This document shows positions 20,700 through 29,806 of a stretch of DNA of 64,000 nt, one piece after another (position 1 is the stretch's first letter; the number at the start of each line of letters is the position of its first letter). The notes under the pieces were generated by a model. It ran no database searches. It worked only from the letters and a program-made list of their open reading frames with translations, and was not told the origin of the DNA. The position numbers and the translations under genes are program-made. Source of the DNA: Candidatus Omnitrophota bacterium (lineage in GTDB: Bacteria > Omnitrophota > Gorgyraeia > Gorgyraeales > Gorgyraeaceae); the NCBI GenBank assembly GCA_018824145.1, contig JAHJHC010000088.1, forward strand, positions 2,696-66,695, in the 5' to 3' direction.

Positions 20700-22577
20700 A
20701 TGTGTGGAATTTGCGGTATAAAAGGATTGTCTTTTAAAGAATCCAGTGTTTATTTGGATGATATGCTTAAAGTCTTATCGCATCGCGGGCCAGATACAGA
20801 AGGTAGATATGCTGAAGAAAATTTATCTATGGGAGTAAAAAGATTAAGTATTATAGATTTAGTTGCGGGGTCACAACCAGTATACAGTGAAGATAAGAGT
20901 ATAGTTTTAGTATGTAATGGGGAAATTTATAATTTTCATTCATTGAAAAATAAGCTTGTCAAAAAAGGCCATAATTTTTATACCGGAACAGATATAGAAG
21001 TTATAGTGCATCTATACGAAGAATCAGGACCAGCGTGTTTAGAGGAACTTGAAGGCATGTTTGCCTTTGCAATATGGGATAAAAAGAAAAAGCTTCTTTT
21101 TATCGCGAGAGATAGATTGGGGATAAAACCACTTTATTATTTTAATAAAAATGGATTATTTGGTTTTGGTTCAGAGCTGAAAGCATTATTGACATTGCCA
21201 TTTGTCCCTAAGATTTTAAATCCTGATGTAGCAGATTTATATTTTTCTTTAGAATATGTCCCTTCACCTTTATCGATTTTTAGAGACATTTTCAAATTAA
21301 AGCCGGGTCATTATCTGATTTATAAAGATTCACAGTTAGAGATCAATCGTTATTGGGATTTAAAATCCTTGGATATAGATAGAAATATAAGAATCTCTGA
21401 AGCAGAAGACAGATTGAAATATCTTCTAAGAAATTCCATAAAAACCCATATATTAAGTGATGTTCCTTTGGGTATATTTTTGAGTGGAGGGATTGATTCG
21501 AGTACTTTGATTGCCTTTGCAAGAGATATGTTCCCGCAGGATCTTAACACTTTTTCTATGGGGTTTGCTGATAAAGGATTCGATGAATCGAAATACGCGG
21601 GAGCTGTTTCGCGACATTTCAATACACAACATCATAGTTTTATCTTTACAATAAAAGATTTAATAAATATCTTTCCGGAAGTCACTGCTGCTTTAGATGA
21701 ACCATTTGCTGATATGTCTATTTTTCCGACCTATTTACTTTGTAAATTTTCTCGCCAGTTTGTTAAGGTGGCGTTGTCCGGAGAAGGAGGGGATGAGCTG
21801 TTTATGGGATACCCGACTTATCGCGCCCATCGATATATGCAGTTGTATCAAAAAATCCCGGAATATATAAGGAAATCTATAATAACTCCGTTTGTGAATC
21901 ATTTACCGGTTTCGCTTGAATATTTTAGCCTGGATTTTAAATTGAAACAATTTCTGAAAGCCCAATCTTCACAAAGCCCTTATTTGCAGCATCTATTATG
22001 GATGGGTTCATTTACGTCTTCAGATAAAGAAGACCTCTTTCAAGGAGACTTTAGGAAGAAAAGCTCTGAAAAATTATTGGAAGATTATGTCAAGTCACTG
22101 CTGGATACTAAAGGAGCGCCTTCGGGTTTAAAAGGGATTCAGTATTTGGATATTTTTAGCTATTTATCGGAAGATTTGCTGGTGAAGGCTGACAGGGCTA
22201 GTATGGCTGCCTCGTTAGAGACAAGGGTCCCATATTTAGATTATAAATTAGTAGAGTTTATCTGGAGTCTACCGTCACAGTTGATCTTTCAAAAGCGATT
22301 GTTAAAACATCTAATGAGAAATATTTTACCTTCAAGTATTATAACACGGCCCAAAAAGGGATTTTCATTGCCTTTTTCAAAATTGATATTAGATAAGGAT
22401 GTTTTTATATTATTCGAAGGATTATTCAGTAAGGATTTTATTCTTCGGCAGAATATATTTAATTATAAATATATAAGAAGGCTTCTTGATGAGCATATTG
22501 CTGTGAAAAAAGATAATCGCAAAAAACTGAGTACTTACATGATGTTCCAGTCTTGGTATAAAAATTATTTCTCTTGA
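20700..22577 (+). CDS. asnB: Asparagine synthetase (glutamine-hydrolysing), AsnB family amidotransferase
   Basis: N-terminal MCGICGI, placing the Ntn nucleophile at Cys2. PP-loop motif SGGIDSS is present. Length is 625 aa. Confidence 0.9.
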   Translation: MCGICGIKGLSFKESSVYLDDMLKVLSHRGPDTEGRYAEENLSMGVKRLSIIDLVAGSQPVYSEDKSIVLVCNGEIYNFHSLKNKLVKKGHNFYTGTDIEVIVHLYEESGPACLEELEGMFAFAIWDKKKKLLFIARDRLGIKPLYYFNKNGLFGFGSELKALLTLPFVPKILNPDVADLYFSLEYVPSPLSIFRDIFKLKPGHYLIYKDSQLEINRYWDLKSLDIDRNIRISEAEDRLKYLLRNSIKTHILSDVPLGIFLSGGIDSSTLIAFARDMFPQDLNTFSMGFADKGFDESKYAGAVSRHFNTQHHSFIFTIKDLINIFPEVTAALDEPFADMSIFPTYLLCKFSRQFVKVALSGEGGDELFMGYPTYRAHRYMQLYQKIPEYIRKSIITPFVNHLPVSLEYFSLDFKLKQFLKAQSSQSPYLQHLLWMGSFTSSDKEDLFQGDFRKKSSEKLLEDYVKSLLDTKGAPSGLKGIQYLDIFSYLSEDLLVKADRASMAASLETRVPYLDYKLVEFIWSLPSQLIFQKRLLKHLMRNILPSSIITRPKKGFSLPFSKLILDKDVFILFEGLFSKDFILRQNIFNYKYIRRLLDEHIAVKKDNRKKLSTYMMFQSWYKNYFS

Positions 22578-22621
22578 TGAGGATTATGCGGGAGAAAAGA
22601 ATGGATGGAGGCTGATTTGTT

Positions 22622-23785
22622 ATGAATATTTTGATGGTTCACCCTCATGATATATTTGATAAGTCCGAGCCCTGGACAATAAGGATTAAAAGCATAGCTA
22701 AGGAGGTCGTCGAAAGGTCTCACGAAGTAAAATTATGTTATTTTCCTTTAACGATCAATGAAAGGTACTTGCCCAAAAAAATAAATTCGATAGAGCTGAT
22801 TCCTTTAGATAGAACGCCTTCGCCTAAGGCATTTATTTTGAATATCATAAGACTTATAAAATTATGTAAATGGGCAGATGTCGTCCATTTTCAAAAGTGT
22901 CAGCATTATGCTGCTATCCCTACGTTAATCGCAGCATATATTGCCGGGAGGACGTTACATTACGATTGGGATGACTGGGAGGAGAAGATATGGTATGAAT
23001 CCTGTGGTAGATCTTTAAACTCAAGATTTATAGGCTTCTCTTTTAAAGTGCTGGAAAGGTTTATTCCTTTATTGGTTGATTCTGTTTCATGCGCAAGCAG
23101 TCATTTGAAATATCTGACTCATAAATTTGGAGTGAAGAAGGAATGTATATTTGATGCCCCTGTAGGAGCTGATTTAGTAAAATTCAAGCCTGATTTAGAT
23201 GGGAGGGGGATAAAAGAGAGACATGATATAAGAGGTGAGCTGGTTTTATATATAGGTCAGCTTCATGGAGCTCAATATGTCAATTTATTTATAAAGTCAG
23301 CCAACATAGTTTTACACAGATACCCGAATGTGACTTTTATGATTGTAGGGGAAGGGTTTTTAGAAAATAAATTAAGAGATCTTGTCTATAGTTTAGGTAT
23401 AGACGATAGAGTTGTTTTTACCGGAAGCGTACCTCATGATGATATCCCTTACTATATCGCAGCTTCAGATATCTGTGTAGCTGCTTTTATGGAAACAGAG
23501 GTAACAATATGTAAAAGTCCTTTGAAGATTGTAGAATATTTGGCAAGTGGCAAGCCTATAACAGCAAGTAACGTAGGTGAAGTTAGAAGAATGGTAGGAG
23601 GCGTAGGGGTTTTGGTTGAGCCTTCTAGCCAGCATTTTTTAGCAGATGGCATTATTCAGCTTTTAAAGGATAAGGATTTAAGAGGTAGATTAGGAAAAAA
23701 TGCAAGACGTAGGGCAGAAGAAAAATACAATTGGAGCCGTACCTCTGAGAATATTTTGAAGGCATATCAATCTCAACTCACATAG
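22622..23785 (+). CDS. GT4 (GT-B fold) glycosyltransferase
   Basis: C-terminal E-x7-E-like region (KIVEYLASGKPITASNVGEV) typical of GT4/RfaB-type enzymes. Confidence 0.8.
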   Translation: MNILMVHPHDIFDKSEPWTIRIKSIAKEVVERSHEVKLCYFPLTINERYLPKKINSIELIPLDRTPSPKAFILNIIRLIKLCKWADVVHFQKCQHYAAIPTLIAAYIAGRTLHYDWDDWEEKIWYESCGRSLNSRFIGFSFKVLERFIPLLVDSVSCASSHLKYLTHKFGVKKECIFDAPVGADLVKFKPDLDGRGIKERHDIRGELVLYIGQLHGAQYVNLFIKSANIVLHRYPNVTFMIVGEGFLENKLRDLVYSLGIDDRVVFTGSVPHDDIPYYIAASDICVAAFMETEVTICKSPLKIVEYLASGKPITASNVGEVRRMVGGVGVLVEPSSQHFLADGIIQLLKDKDLRGRLGKNARRRAEEKYNWSRTSENILKAYQSQLT

Positions 23786-23792
23786 GATTTTT

Positions 23793-24893
23793 GTGAAAGT
23801 TATTTTTGTTACAAGAGAAGGTCATGGCCTATCTGGCGCAAGGGTAAGATGTTATAACTTTGCCCGTGTATTGAGACGGTATGGAATAACCACAGAGGTG
23901 TTTTCTTTTGCTGATAATTTAGGTGCTAAATACGGCGAGAAAGAGTTTGAAATGTCTTATTTAGAGAAACTCAGATATAATATCAAGGCATTTAAACTAC
24001 TGTTAAGAGAAGAAAAGGATGCGGTTTTTTTTATACAGCGATTAAATTATCATACTATAGCTCCTTTCATGGTTTCTTTATTAAAAAAAAATAGATTTAT
24101 ATTTGATTGTGATGACTGGAATATACGGGAAGATCCCATATATTATTTTAATTTATTTCCTAGTTCTAAGATGGAATTTTTAACACGTAAGATTACTAGA
24201 TATGCAAACATTTGTACTGTGGCAAGTGTATTTTTAAAAGATTATTTATGTAGATTTAATAAGAAGATTTATTATCTTCCTACAGGAGTGGATACAGCTA
24301 TTTTTAATCCCAACGACAGTCATAATAACAGTTCAAAAATTAGTTTTTCTTGGATTGGTACTTTGTACCATAAGGAAATGCAGGAAAATATTAGATTTAT
24401 TTTAGCTTGCTTTTCTGAGTTAGCCGATAGATATCGTAACATTTTTTTAAATCTTGCTGGCGAGGGGGTATATTTTCGTGAAATCAGCCGGTATGTAGCT
24501 ACTCTGCGATATAGAGACAGAATAATGATAAATAATTGGATCCCACCGGATAAAATCCCCGACCACCTTTCGCATATCGATATTGGTCTTTTGCCTCTGA
24601 TCCAGCATACAAAATTCAATAAATCAAAAAGCCCCACCAAGCTTTTTGAATACATGGCAATGGGAAAACCCACTGTTTCAAGCAATATTGGAGAAGCAGC
24701 GCATATTATTCATAATGGTGAAAATGGTTTTTTGGCAGGCACAAAAGAAGAATTTGTGGCCAGGATGGAAGAGTTAATTAATGATCCTATTTTGTGTAGG
24801 AGCATTGGGGATAGCGCTAGGAAAAGTGTAGAAGAAAAGTATTCTCTTAATGTGTTAAGCAGGCGCCTCTACGATATATTAAAAACAATATAA
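23793..24893 (+). CDS. GT4 (GT-B fold) glycosyltransferase
   Basis: KLFEYMAMGKPTVSSNIGE motif near the C-terminus, within a GT-B layout. Confidence 0.75.
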   Translation: MKVIFVTREGHGLSGARVRCYNFARVLRRYGITTEVFSFADNLGAKYGEKEFEMSYLEKLRYNIKAFKLLLREEKDAVFFIQRLNYHTIAPFMVSLLKKNRFIFDCDDWNIREDPIYYFNLFPSSKMEFLTRKITRYANICTVASVFLKDYLCRFNKKIYYLPTGVDTAIFNPNDSHNNSSKISFSWIGTLYHKEMQENIRFILACFSELADRYRNIFLNLAGEGVYFREISRYVATLRYRDRIMINNWIPPDKIPDHLSHIDIGLLPLIQHTKFNKSKSPTKLFEYMAMGKPTVSSNIGEAAHIIHNGENGFLAGTKEEFVARMEELINDPILCRSIGDSARKSVEEKYSLNVLSRRLYDILKTI

Positions 24894-25840
24894 TGATAAA
24901 TATATCCATTATAATTTTAACTTTTAATAGCTCTGAGCATATTAAATCTTGTCTGGATTCTGTATTTAGACAAAGTTATCGGAATTTTGAGGCGATTTTA
25001 GTAGATAATGGTTCAATAGATGACACCTTATCATTGGTAAAAAGGGATTATCCAAAAGTTAGATTGGTTGAGAATAAAAGAAATCTTGGTGCTTGTGCGG
25101 CAAGAAATAAAGCTATTGGTCTCGCTAAAGGGAGGTGGATTCTGACCTTGGATTGCGATGTTATTTTAAAAAAGGATTTTATTGAGAAAATAGTCGGATT
25201 TATAGGAGAGGCTGGAGAGTCAATAGGCATGTTTCAACCGAAGATCTTACAAATAGATAGAAAGACTATTTATTCTTGTGGGATATATCTTTCTAATATG
25301 AGAAGATTCCATGACATTGGCAGAGGGATTCCTGAAAATGGTAGATTTGACATGACAAAAGATATTTTCGGTGCTTGTTCTGCTGCGGCGGTGTACAAAA
25401 AACAGATGTTAGAAGAAATAAAAGAAACCACGGGTTATTTTGATGAAAGATTTTTCTTCTTAGTAGAGGATGTGGACTTAGCATGGCGGGCACAAAGAAA
25501 GGGTTGGGGAGCAAAATTTTATTCTGAAGCAGTTTGTTATCATTATGGCAATTCTTCAGGGTCGGATAAAAAACTCAGGCAATTTCTTTCTTTTCGCAAT
25601 CGATATTACACCATAATAAAAAATGAGGGCCTTAGAAAATATATTAAGAAATTTTTTCCATTATTGTGTTATGATTTTCCGAGATTAGTATATTTGTTTT
25701 TTACTAATAAGTATATTTTAAGAACAGTTAAAGATAAAGTATCTATATCCCTGAAGGGTGAATTTCTACATGTTGCTATAACTCTCCTGTTAACTCACCG
25801 ATTACTTGACAGGCTGTTGTATGTATGGGAAAATTATTAA
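24893..25840 (+). CDS. GT2 glycosyltransferase (rhamnosyltransferase-like)
   Basis: ISIIILTFNSSEHIKSCLDSV...VDNGSIDDT and a DCDV motif. Paralog of the gene at 40963-41856. Confidence 0.8.
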   Translation: MINISIIILTFNSSEHIKSCLDSVFRQSYRNFEAILVDNGSIDDTLSLVKRDYPKVRLVENKRNLGACAARNKAIGLAKGRWILTLDCDVILKKDFIEKIVGFIGEAGESIGMFQPKILQIDRKTIYSCGIYLSNMRRFHDIGRGIPENGRFDMTKDIFGACSAAAVYKKQMLEEIKETTGYFDERFFFLVEDVDLAWRAQRKGWGAKFYSEAVCYHYGNSSGSDKKLRQFLSFRNRYYTIIKNEGLRKYIKKFFPLLCYDFPRLVYLFFTNKYILRTVKDKVSISLKGEFLHVAITLLLTHRLLDRLLYVWENY

Positions 25841-26631
25841 CAATGGATTACGCTATAGAGATAAAAAACCTAAAGAAAATATTTTTTGAAAGAAAAGGAT
25901 TTACTGAAATACTGCGTTGTCCTTTTAAGAGAAAGGAAGGCAAGCTTGTTTTATATAATGTTAATTTAGGCATAGAAAAGGGTTCCATATTTTGTCTTTT
26001 GGGGCCAAACGGAGCAGGTAAGACTACACTTATAAAAATAATATGTACTTTGATACTCCCTACGGAAGGGAAGGTTTTTGTAAATGGAGTTGATGTAGAA
26101 AAAGAAGAATGGAGGGCTAAGGGTTTTATTGGGCTTGTGACAGGAGAAGAAAGGAGTTTTTTCTGGAGGCTTTCAGGTAGAGAAAACCTGCTTTTTTTCG
26201 CCTCTTTATATAATATCCATGGAAAAAAAGCATCTAAGAAGGTTTCCGAAGTCTTAGAAATAGTTAGGATAGATGACCCTAAAAAGAGATATCAGGAATA
26301 TTCCGGTGGAATGAAACAGAGATTGGGAATTGCAAGAGCCCTTTTAGGAAACCCTGAAATTCTTTTAATGGATGAGCCTACTAAAAGTTTAGATCCTATA
26401 GCAGCCGAAGAATTAAGAAAATTTCTAAAGGAAAAACTCTGTAGAGAATTGAAAACAACGATTTTTTTTACTACACATCAACTTAACGAGGCAGAGAAAC
26501 TCGCTAGTAAGATTGCTATAATAAATAAAGGTGAAATCAAGGTTTCAGGGACATTAGATGAGCTTATGAGTGGAGTGAAGCAAGATAACGTAGATTTAGA
26601 TAAGATGTATGCCTATTATGTCAATTCGTAA
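25825..26631 (+). CDS. ABC transporter ATP-binding protein (Wzt/TagH-like)
   Basis: Walker A GPNGAGKTT, ABC signature LSGGMKQR, Walker B LLMDEPT. Confidence 0.9.
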   Translation: MGKLLTMDYAIEIKNLKKIFFERKGFTEILRCPFKRKEGKLVLYNVNLGIEKGSIFCLLGPNGAGKTTLIKIICTLILPTEGKVFVNGVDVEKEEWRAKGFIGLVTGEERSFFWRLSGRENLLFFASLYNIHGKKASKKVSEVLEIVRIDDPKKRYQEYSGGMKQRLGIARALLGNPEILLMDEPTKSLDPIAAEELRKFLKEKLCRELKTTIFFTTHQLNEAEKLASKIAIINKGEIKVSGTLDELMSGVKQDNVDLDKMYAYYVNS

Positions 26632-27397
26632 AATATTATCATTTATCCGCAAAGATGCAATAATAAACATGAGTTATAGAACTATTTTTTTGATGTCTTT
26701 TGTAAGAATAATATCTTCCACGTTGATTTTCTTTTTTATGGCTAAATTATTTCGCAAACCGGAATACTTCCCGTTTGTATTAATAGGCATTGCATTTACC
26801 TCATATTTATACACTTCTCTCGGAACTTTTTCAAGTAGATTTAGAGACGAACAAGCTGCAGGAACTTTAGAGGCTATGTTGGTAGCGCCGACTAAAACAA
26901 AGGATATATTTATAGGGATCGGGGCATGGGATTATTTGTTCACTACTTTTAGAGTGTTTATATATATATTATTGGGGGTTCTGTTTTTTGGGGTTAATTT
27001 AAATAATGCTAATATATTAGCAGCAATATTGATACTATGTCTCAGTATAATTTGTTTTAGTTGCATGGGAATTAGTGCCGCAGGTCTTGTTTTAATCTTT
27101 AAAAGAATGAATCCCGTGACATGGATAATAGGAGGATTTACTGGTCTTGTTGGAGGAGTATATTTTCCTGTAGAGATATTGCCGATATGGATAAGGGGTA
27201 TCTCATATATACTACCGCTTACATATTCATTGAAAGGACTTAGGGGTGCTCTGCTTTATGGCAATTCTATCAGAGAATTGATGCCAGAGATATTACTATT
27301 GTGTATCTTTATAATTGTTTTATTTCCACTAAGCACATTAATTTTTAAAAAAGCAATGAAAAAAACAAAAATAGATGGTAGTCTCGTGCATTATTAA
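26609..27397 (+). CDS. ABC-2 type transporter permease (Wzm/TagG-like)
   Basis: Six predicted TM helices in 262 aa. Start overlaps the ATPase gene. Confidence 0.8.
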   Translation: MPIMSIRKILSFIRKDAIINMSYRTIFLMSFVRIISSTLIFFFMAKLFRKPEYFPFVLIGIAFTSYLYTSLGTFSSRFRDEQAAGTLEAMLVAPTKTKDIFIGIGAWDYLFTTFRVFIYILLGVLFFGVNLNNANILAAILILCLSIICFSCMGISAAGLVLIFKRMNPVTWIIGGFTGLVGGVYFPVEILPIWIRGISYILPLTYSLKGLRGALLYGNSIRELMPEILLLCIFIIVLFPLSTLIFKKAMKKTKIDGSLVHY

Positions 27398-27402
27398 TCA
27401 GA

Positions 27403-27594
27403 ATGCCAGAAAAAGATAATATGGAAATAGAAAAAATATATCCGAAGATTAGTAGATTTAAAGATAACGGCAAACATTATTTCCGGGAAAAAGGCGATAA
27501 CTCTAGTAGTATAGGGGCTATTCAAGAAAATGATGTAATAGGAAGGTTGGAATATGTAAAAGAAGGTGAAGGGCAGAGCAAGAAATATTTGTAG
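27403..27594 (+). CDS. Small hypothetical ORF (63 aa)
   Basis: Open frame only. Hydrophilic, with no recognisable motif. Confidence 0.25.
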   Translation: MPEKDNMEIEKIYPKISRFKDNGKHYFREKGDNSSSIGAIQENDVIGRLEYVKEGEGQSKKYL

Positions 27595-27615
27595 ATAGTT
27601 TAATCTGTATTAGAG

Positions 27616-27649
27616 ATTGCTTCGGCCACCTTTCGGTGGCCTCGCAATG
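27616..27649 (+). terminator. Stable stem-loop (GGCCACC-TTTC-GGTGGCC closed by an ATTGC/GCAAT outer stem) downstream of the ABC genes; possible terminator or rearrangement scar
   Basis: Perfect 7-bp GC-rich inner stem plus a 5-bp outer stem. No canonical U-tract follows. Confidence 0.35.
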
Positions 27650-27770
27650 ACAGGCTTTTAGAAGAGCTGGACCGTTACGGTTTGGAGAGGCATTGGCGAG
27701 TAGGAAACTTTCCTGAAAAAAATCTTCCCAATGAGCCATATATATAATATACTTATGGGGTTTGGTGGGA

Positions 27771-28307
27771 TTTGCAGAAGATTCAGAAAAGTCCATAGGC
27801 ATACTTCAACCAAAGATTTTACAAATAGACCGGAAGAATATTTATTCTTGAGACACATATCTCCCCAATATAAAAAGGTTCCATGACATAAGTAGAGGGG
27901 AGCTTAATAATGGTAAATTCGAGAAGGTAAAGGATATCTTTGGAGCTTGCTCTGCAACGGCACTGTACAAAAGACAGATGTTGGAGGAAATAAGGGAAAG
28001 TACAGGCTATTTTGATGAGAGATTCTTTTTCTTGGTAGAGGATGTAGATTTAGCCTGGCGTGCACAGAGAAAAAGTTGGAAAGCAAGATTCTATCCTGGA
28101 GCAGTCTGTTATCACTATGGTAATTCGTCAGGTTTAGATAAGAAATTTAGACAATATCTGTCTTTTCGTAATAGGCACTATTCTATAATAAAAAATGAAG
28201 GGCTTAAAAATTATTTTAAAAAATTCTTTCCGTTGTTGTTTTATGATATTCCTCGGTTATTATATTTGGTTTTTACTAATCGTTATATCTTAAGAAAAAT
28301 AAATTAA
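27771..28307 (+). pseudogene. Truncated, degenerate duplicate of the 3' 60% of the GT2 gene at 24893-25840
   Basis: Nucleotide and protein collinearity with 25216-25840. Remnant reads SIGILQPKILQIDRK...YS*...FHDISRG...MLEEIRESTGYFDERFFFLVEDVDLAWRAQRK; parent reads SIGMFQPKILQIDRK...MLEEIKETTGYFDERFFFLVEDVDLAWRAQRK. An in-frame TGA at about 27849 disrupts the upstream part. Only the last 109 codons stay open. Confidence 0.7.
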
Positions 28308-28309
28308 AC

Positions 28310-29806
28310 ATGAGATTTTTTAAAGAGTATATTCTGAAAGATAAAATATTTAAAAATTGGCAGATTTTATTAATACTTATGGTTTCTTTATGTTTGCGCC
28401 TGTATCATCTTGGTTATCATGATTTCTGGTATGACGAGATAGGTACAGTGGATTATGCTCAACATCCTTGGAATAATTGGAATGCCCCTTTTTACTGGAT
28501 ATTGCTTCATTTTTGGATAAAAGTTTTTAAAATTTCAGAATTCGGTTTACGTTTTCCTTCTTTAGTTTTTAGTTTTTTTTCTATAATTCTCGTTTTCTTA
28601 ATAGGAAAAAGACTTTTTAATAAGAAGGCTGGCCTTTTAGCTAGCATATTTATGGGGCTTTCTCCTTTTCATATTTGGTATGCTCAGGAAGCACGTGATT
28701 ACAGTATGTTATTATTTTGGGGTACGCTTTCCTCATGGTTACTCCTCAAAGCAATTAAAAAACAAAGATTGAAATCCTGGGTAATCTTTACAATGGTTTC
28801 TATAGCAGGGTTTTACACCAATTATTTTTATACTTTCCTTTTTGTCGCACATATTATTTTTGTTGTTACATTTTTTAAGCGTTTGAAATTAAAACTGAAG
28901 AATTTGATTCCCTTCTTTGTCGTTAGTCTGTGTTTTTCGCTATACTTAAACCGTTTTTTAGGCAAATTTTTTAGTGTCTGGCAGGGTTTTTGGATTCCTG
29001 AACCAGAAGTACGCTCTTTGGTTATTACTATAGAAAATTTTATTCTTGGTTATAACGCCAATTTCCCTTCATATCTCATTGTAAGCATTTTAATAGCAGT
29101 ATTTTTTACCATTGTAATTATAAAATTGAAAGATATCCGGTTTCGACCTGCAATTGTATTTTGTCTATATTTGTTCTTAACCCCCATTGTTTTAGCTTTT
29201 CTTTTTTCAAAAACATTTTTTTCGGTTTATCTTGATCGCGGTTTGATTGTTACAAGTCCCTATTTTTATCTGATATTATCTTTTGGCGTGTTTAGCTTGA
29301 ACAAAAGGTATTTAAGAACAGGTAGTCTGGTTATTTTATTTTCTTTAATTTGCATAGCCCTTTATGGGTATTATATGGATTGGATGCCTACATCTTCTTT
29401 TCATTATACAGGAGTCCATCTTAAAAAATCCATAAAGCCAGTAGTTAAATTTATAGAAGATGAGTTAAGAGTACGAGATAGGATTGTTTTTACTAACGAA
29501 TCAGTACTGCCATCTTTTCGGTTTTATAGTCCCCAAGAAAGATCTTTTCATTTTTTATTTGTACCAGGAGAGGCGTTCGACCCTTTTTCCCAAAGGCCGG
29601 TATATGAAAACAGATATTACCTTTCGACCTATAACTTAAGAGATTTTGAATTTGATAGATTATGGGTTATATCTTGCGATTGGTCAAGAGATGGGAGTTT
29701 AGACGGAAATTCTCAAGCAGTAAAAGATTTCTTGGATAGGAATTTTAGATTACAATTCATCCGAGAATTTGATGGATTATGGGTATTTAGATATGATACA
29801 TTTTAG
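28310..29806 (+). CDS. Polytopic membrane GT-C superfamily glycosyltransferase (ArnT/PMT family-like)
   Basis: More than 10 TM helices. First-loop DE motif (FWYDEIGTVDYA) is characteristic of GT39/GT83-type transferases. Confidence 0.6.
   Translation: MRFFKEYILKDKIFKNWQILLILMVSLCLRLYHLGYHDFWYDEIGTVDYAQHPWNNWNAPFYWILLHFWIKVFKISEFGLRFPSLVFSFFSIILVFLIGKRLFNKKAGLLASIFMGLSPFHIWYAQEARDYSMLLFWGTLSSWLLLKAIKKQRLKSWVIFTMVSIAGFYTNYFYTFLFVAHIIFVVTFFKRLKLKLKNLIPFFVVSLCFSLYLNRFLGKFFSVWQGFWIPEPEVRSLVITIENFILGYNANFPSYLIVSILIAVFFTIVIIKLKDIRFRPAIVFCLYLFLTPIVLAFLFSKTFFSVYLDRGLIVTSPYFYLILSFGVFSLNKRYLRTGSLVILFSLICIALYGYYMDWMPTSSFHYTGVHLKKSIKPVVKFIEDELRVRDRIVFTNESVLPSFRFYSPQERSFHFLFVPGEAFDPFSQRPVYENRYYLSTYNLRDFEFDRLWVISCDWSRDGSLDGNSQAVKDFLDRNFRLQFIREFDGLWVFRYDTF

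Noticed and set aside
20700-22577. AsnB homolog acting as a lasso-peptide cyclase, given the nearby HprK-like kinase and nucleotidyltransferase
   Set aside because: The protein keeps an intact N-terminal glutaminase domain (MCGICGI) and full length, like true asparagine synthetases. No transglutaminase-like leader protease (B2) is present.
27403-27594. 63-aa ORF starting MPEK, like the 54-aa candidate precursor, considered as a second precursor peptide
   Set aside because: It has no Cys or other modifiable-residue enrichment and no clear RBS. The shared MPEK start is most likely coincidence.
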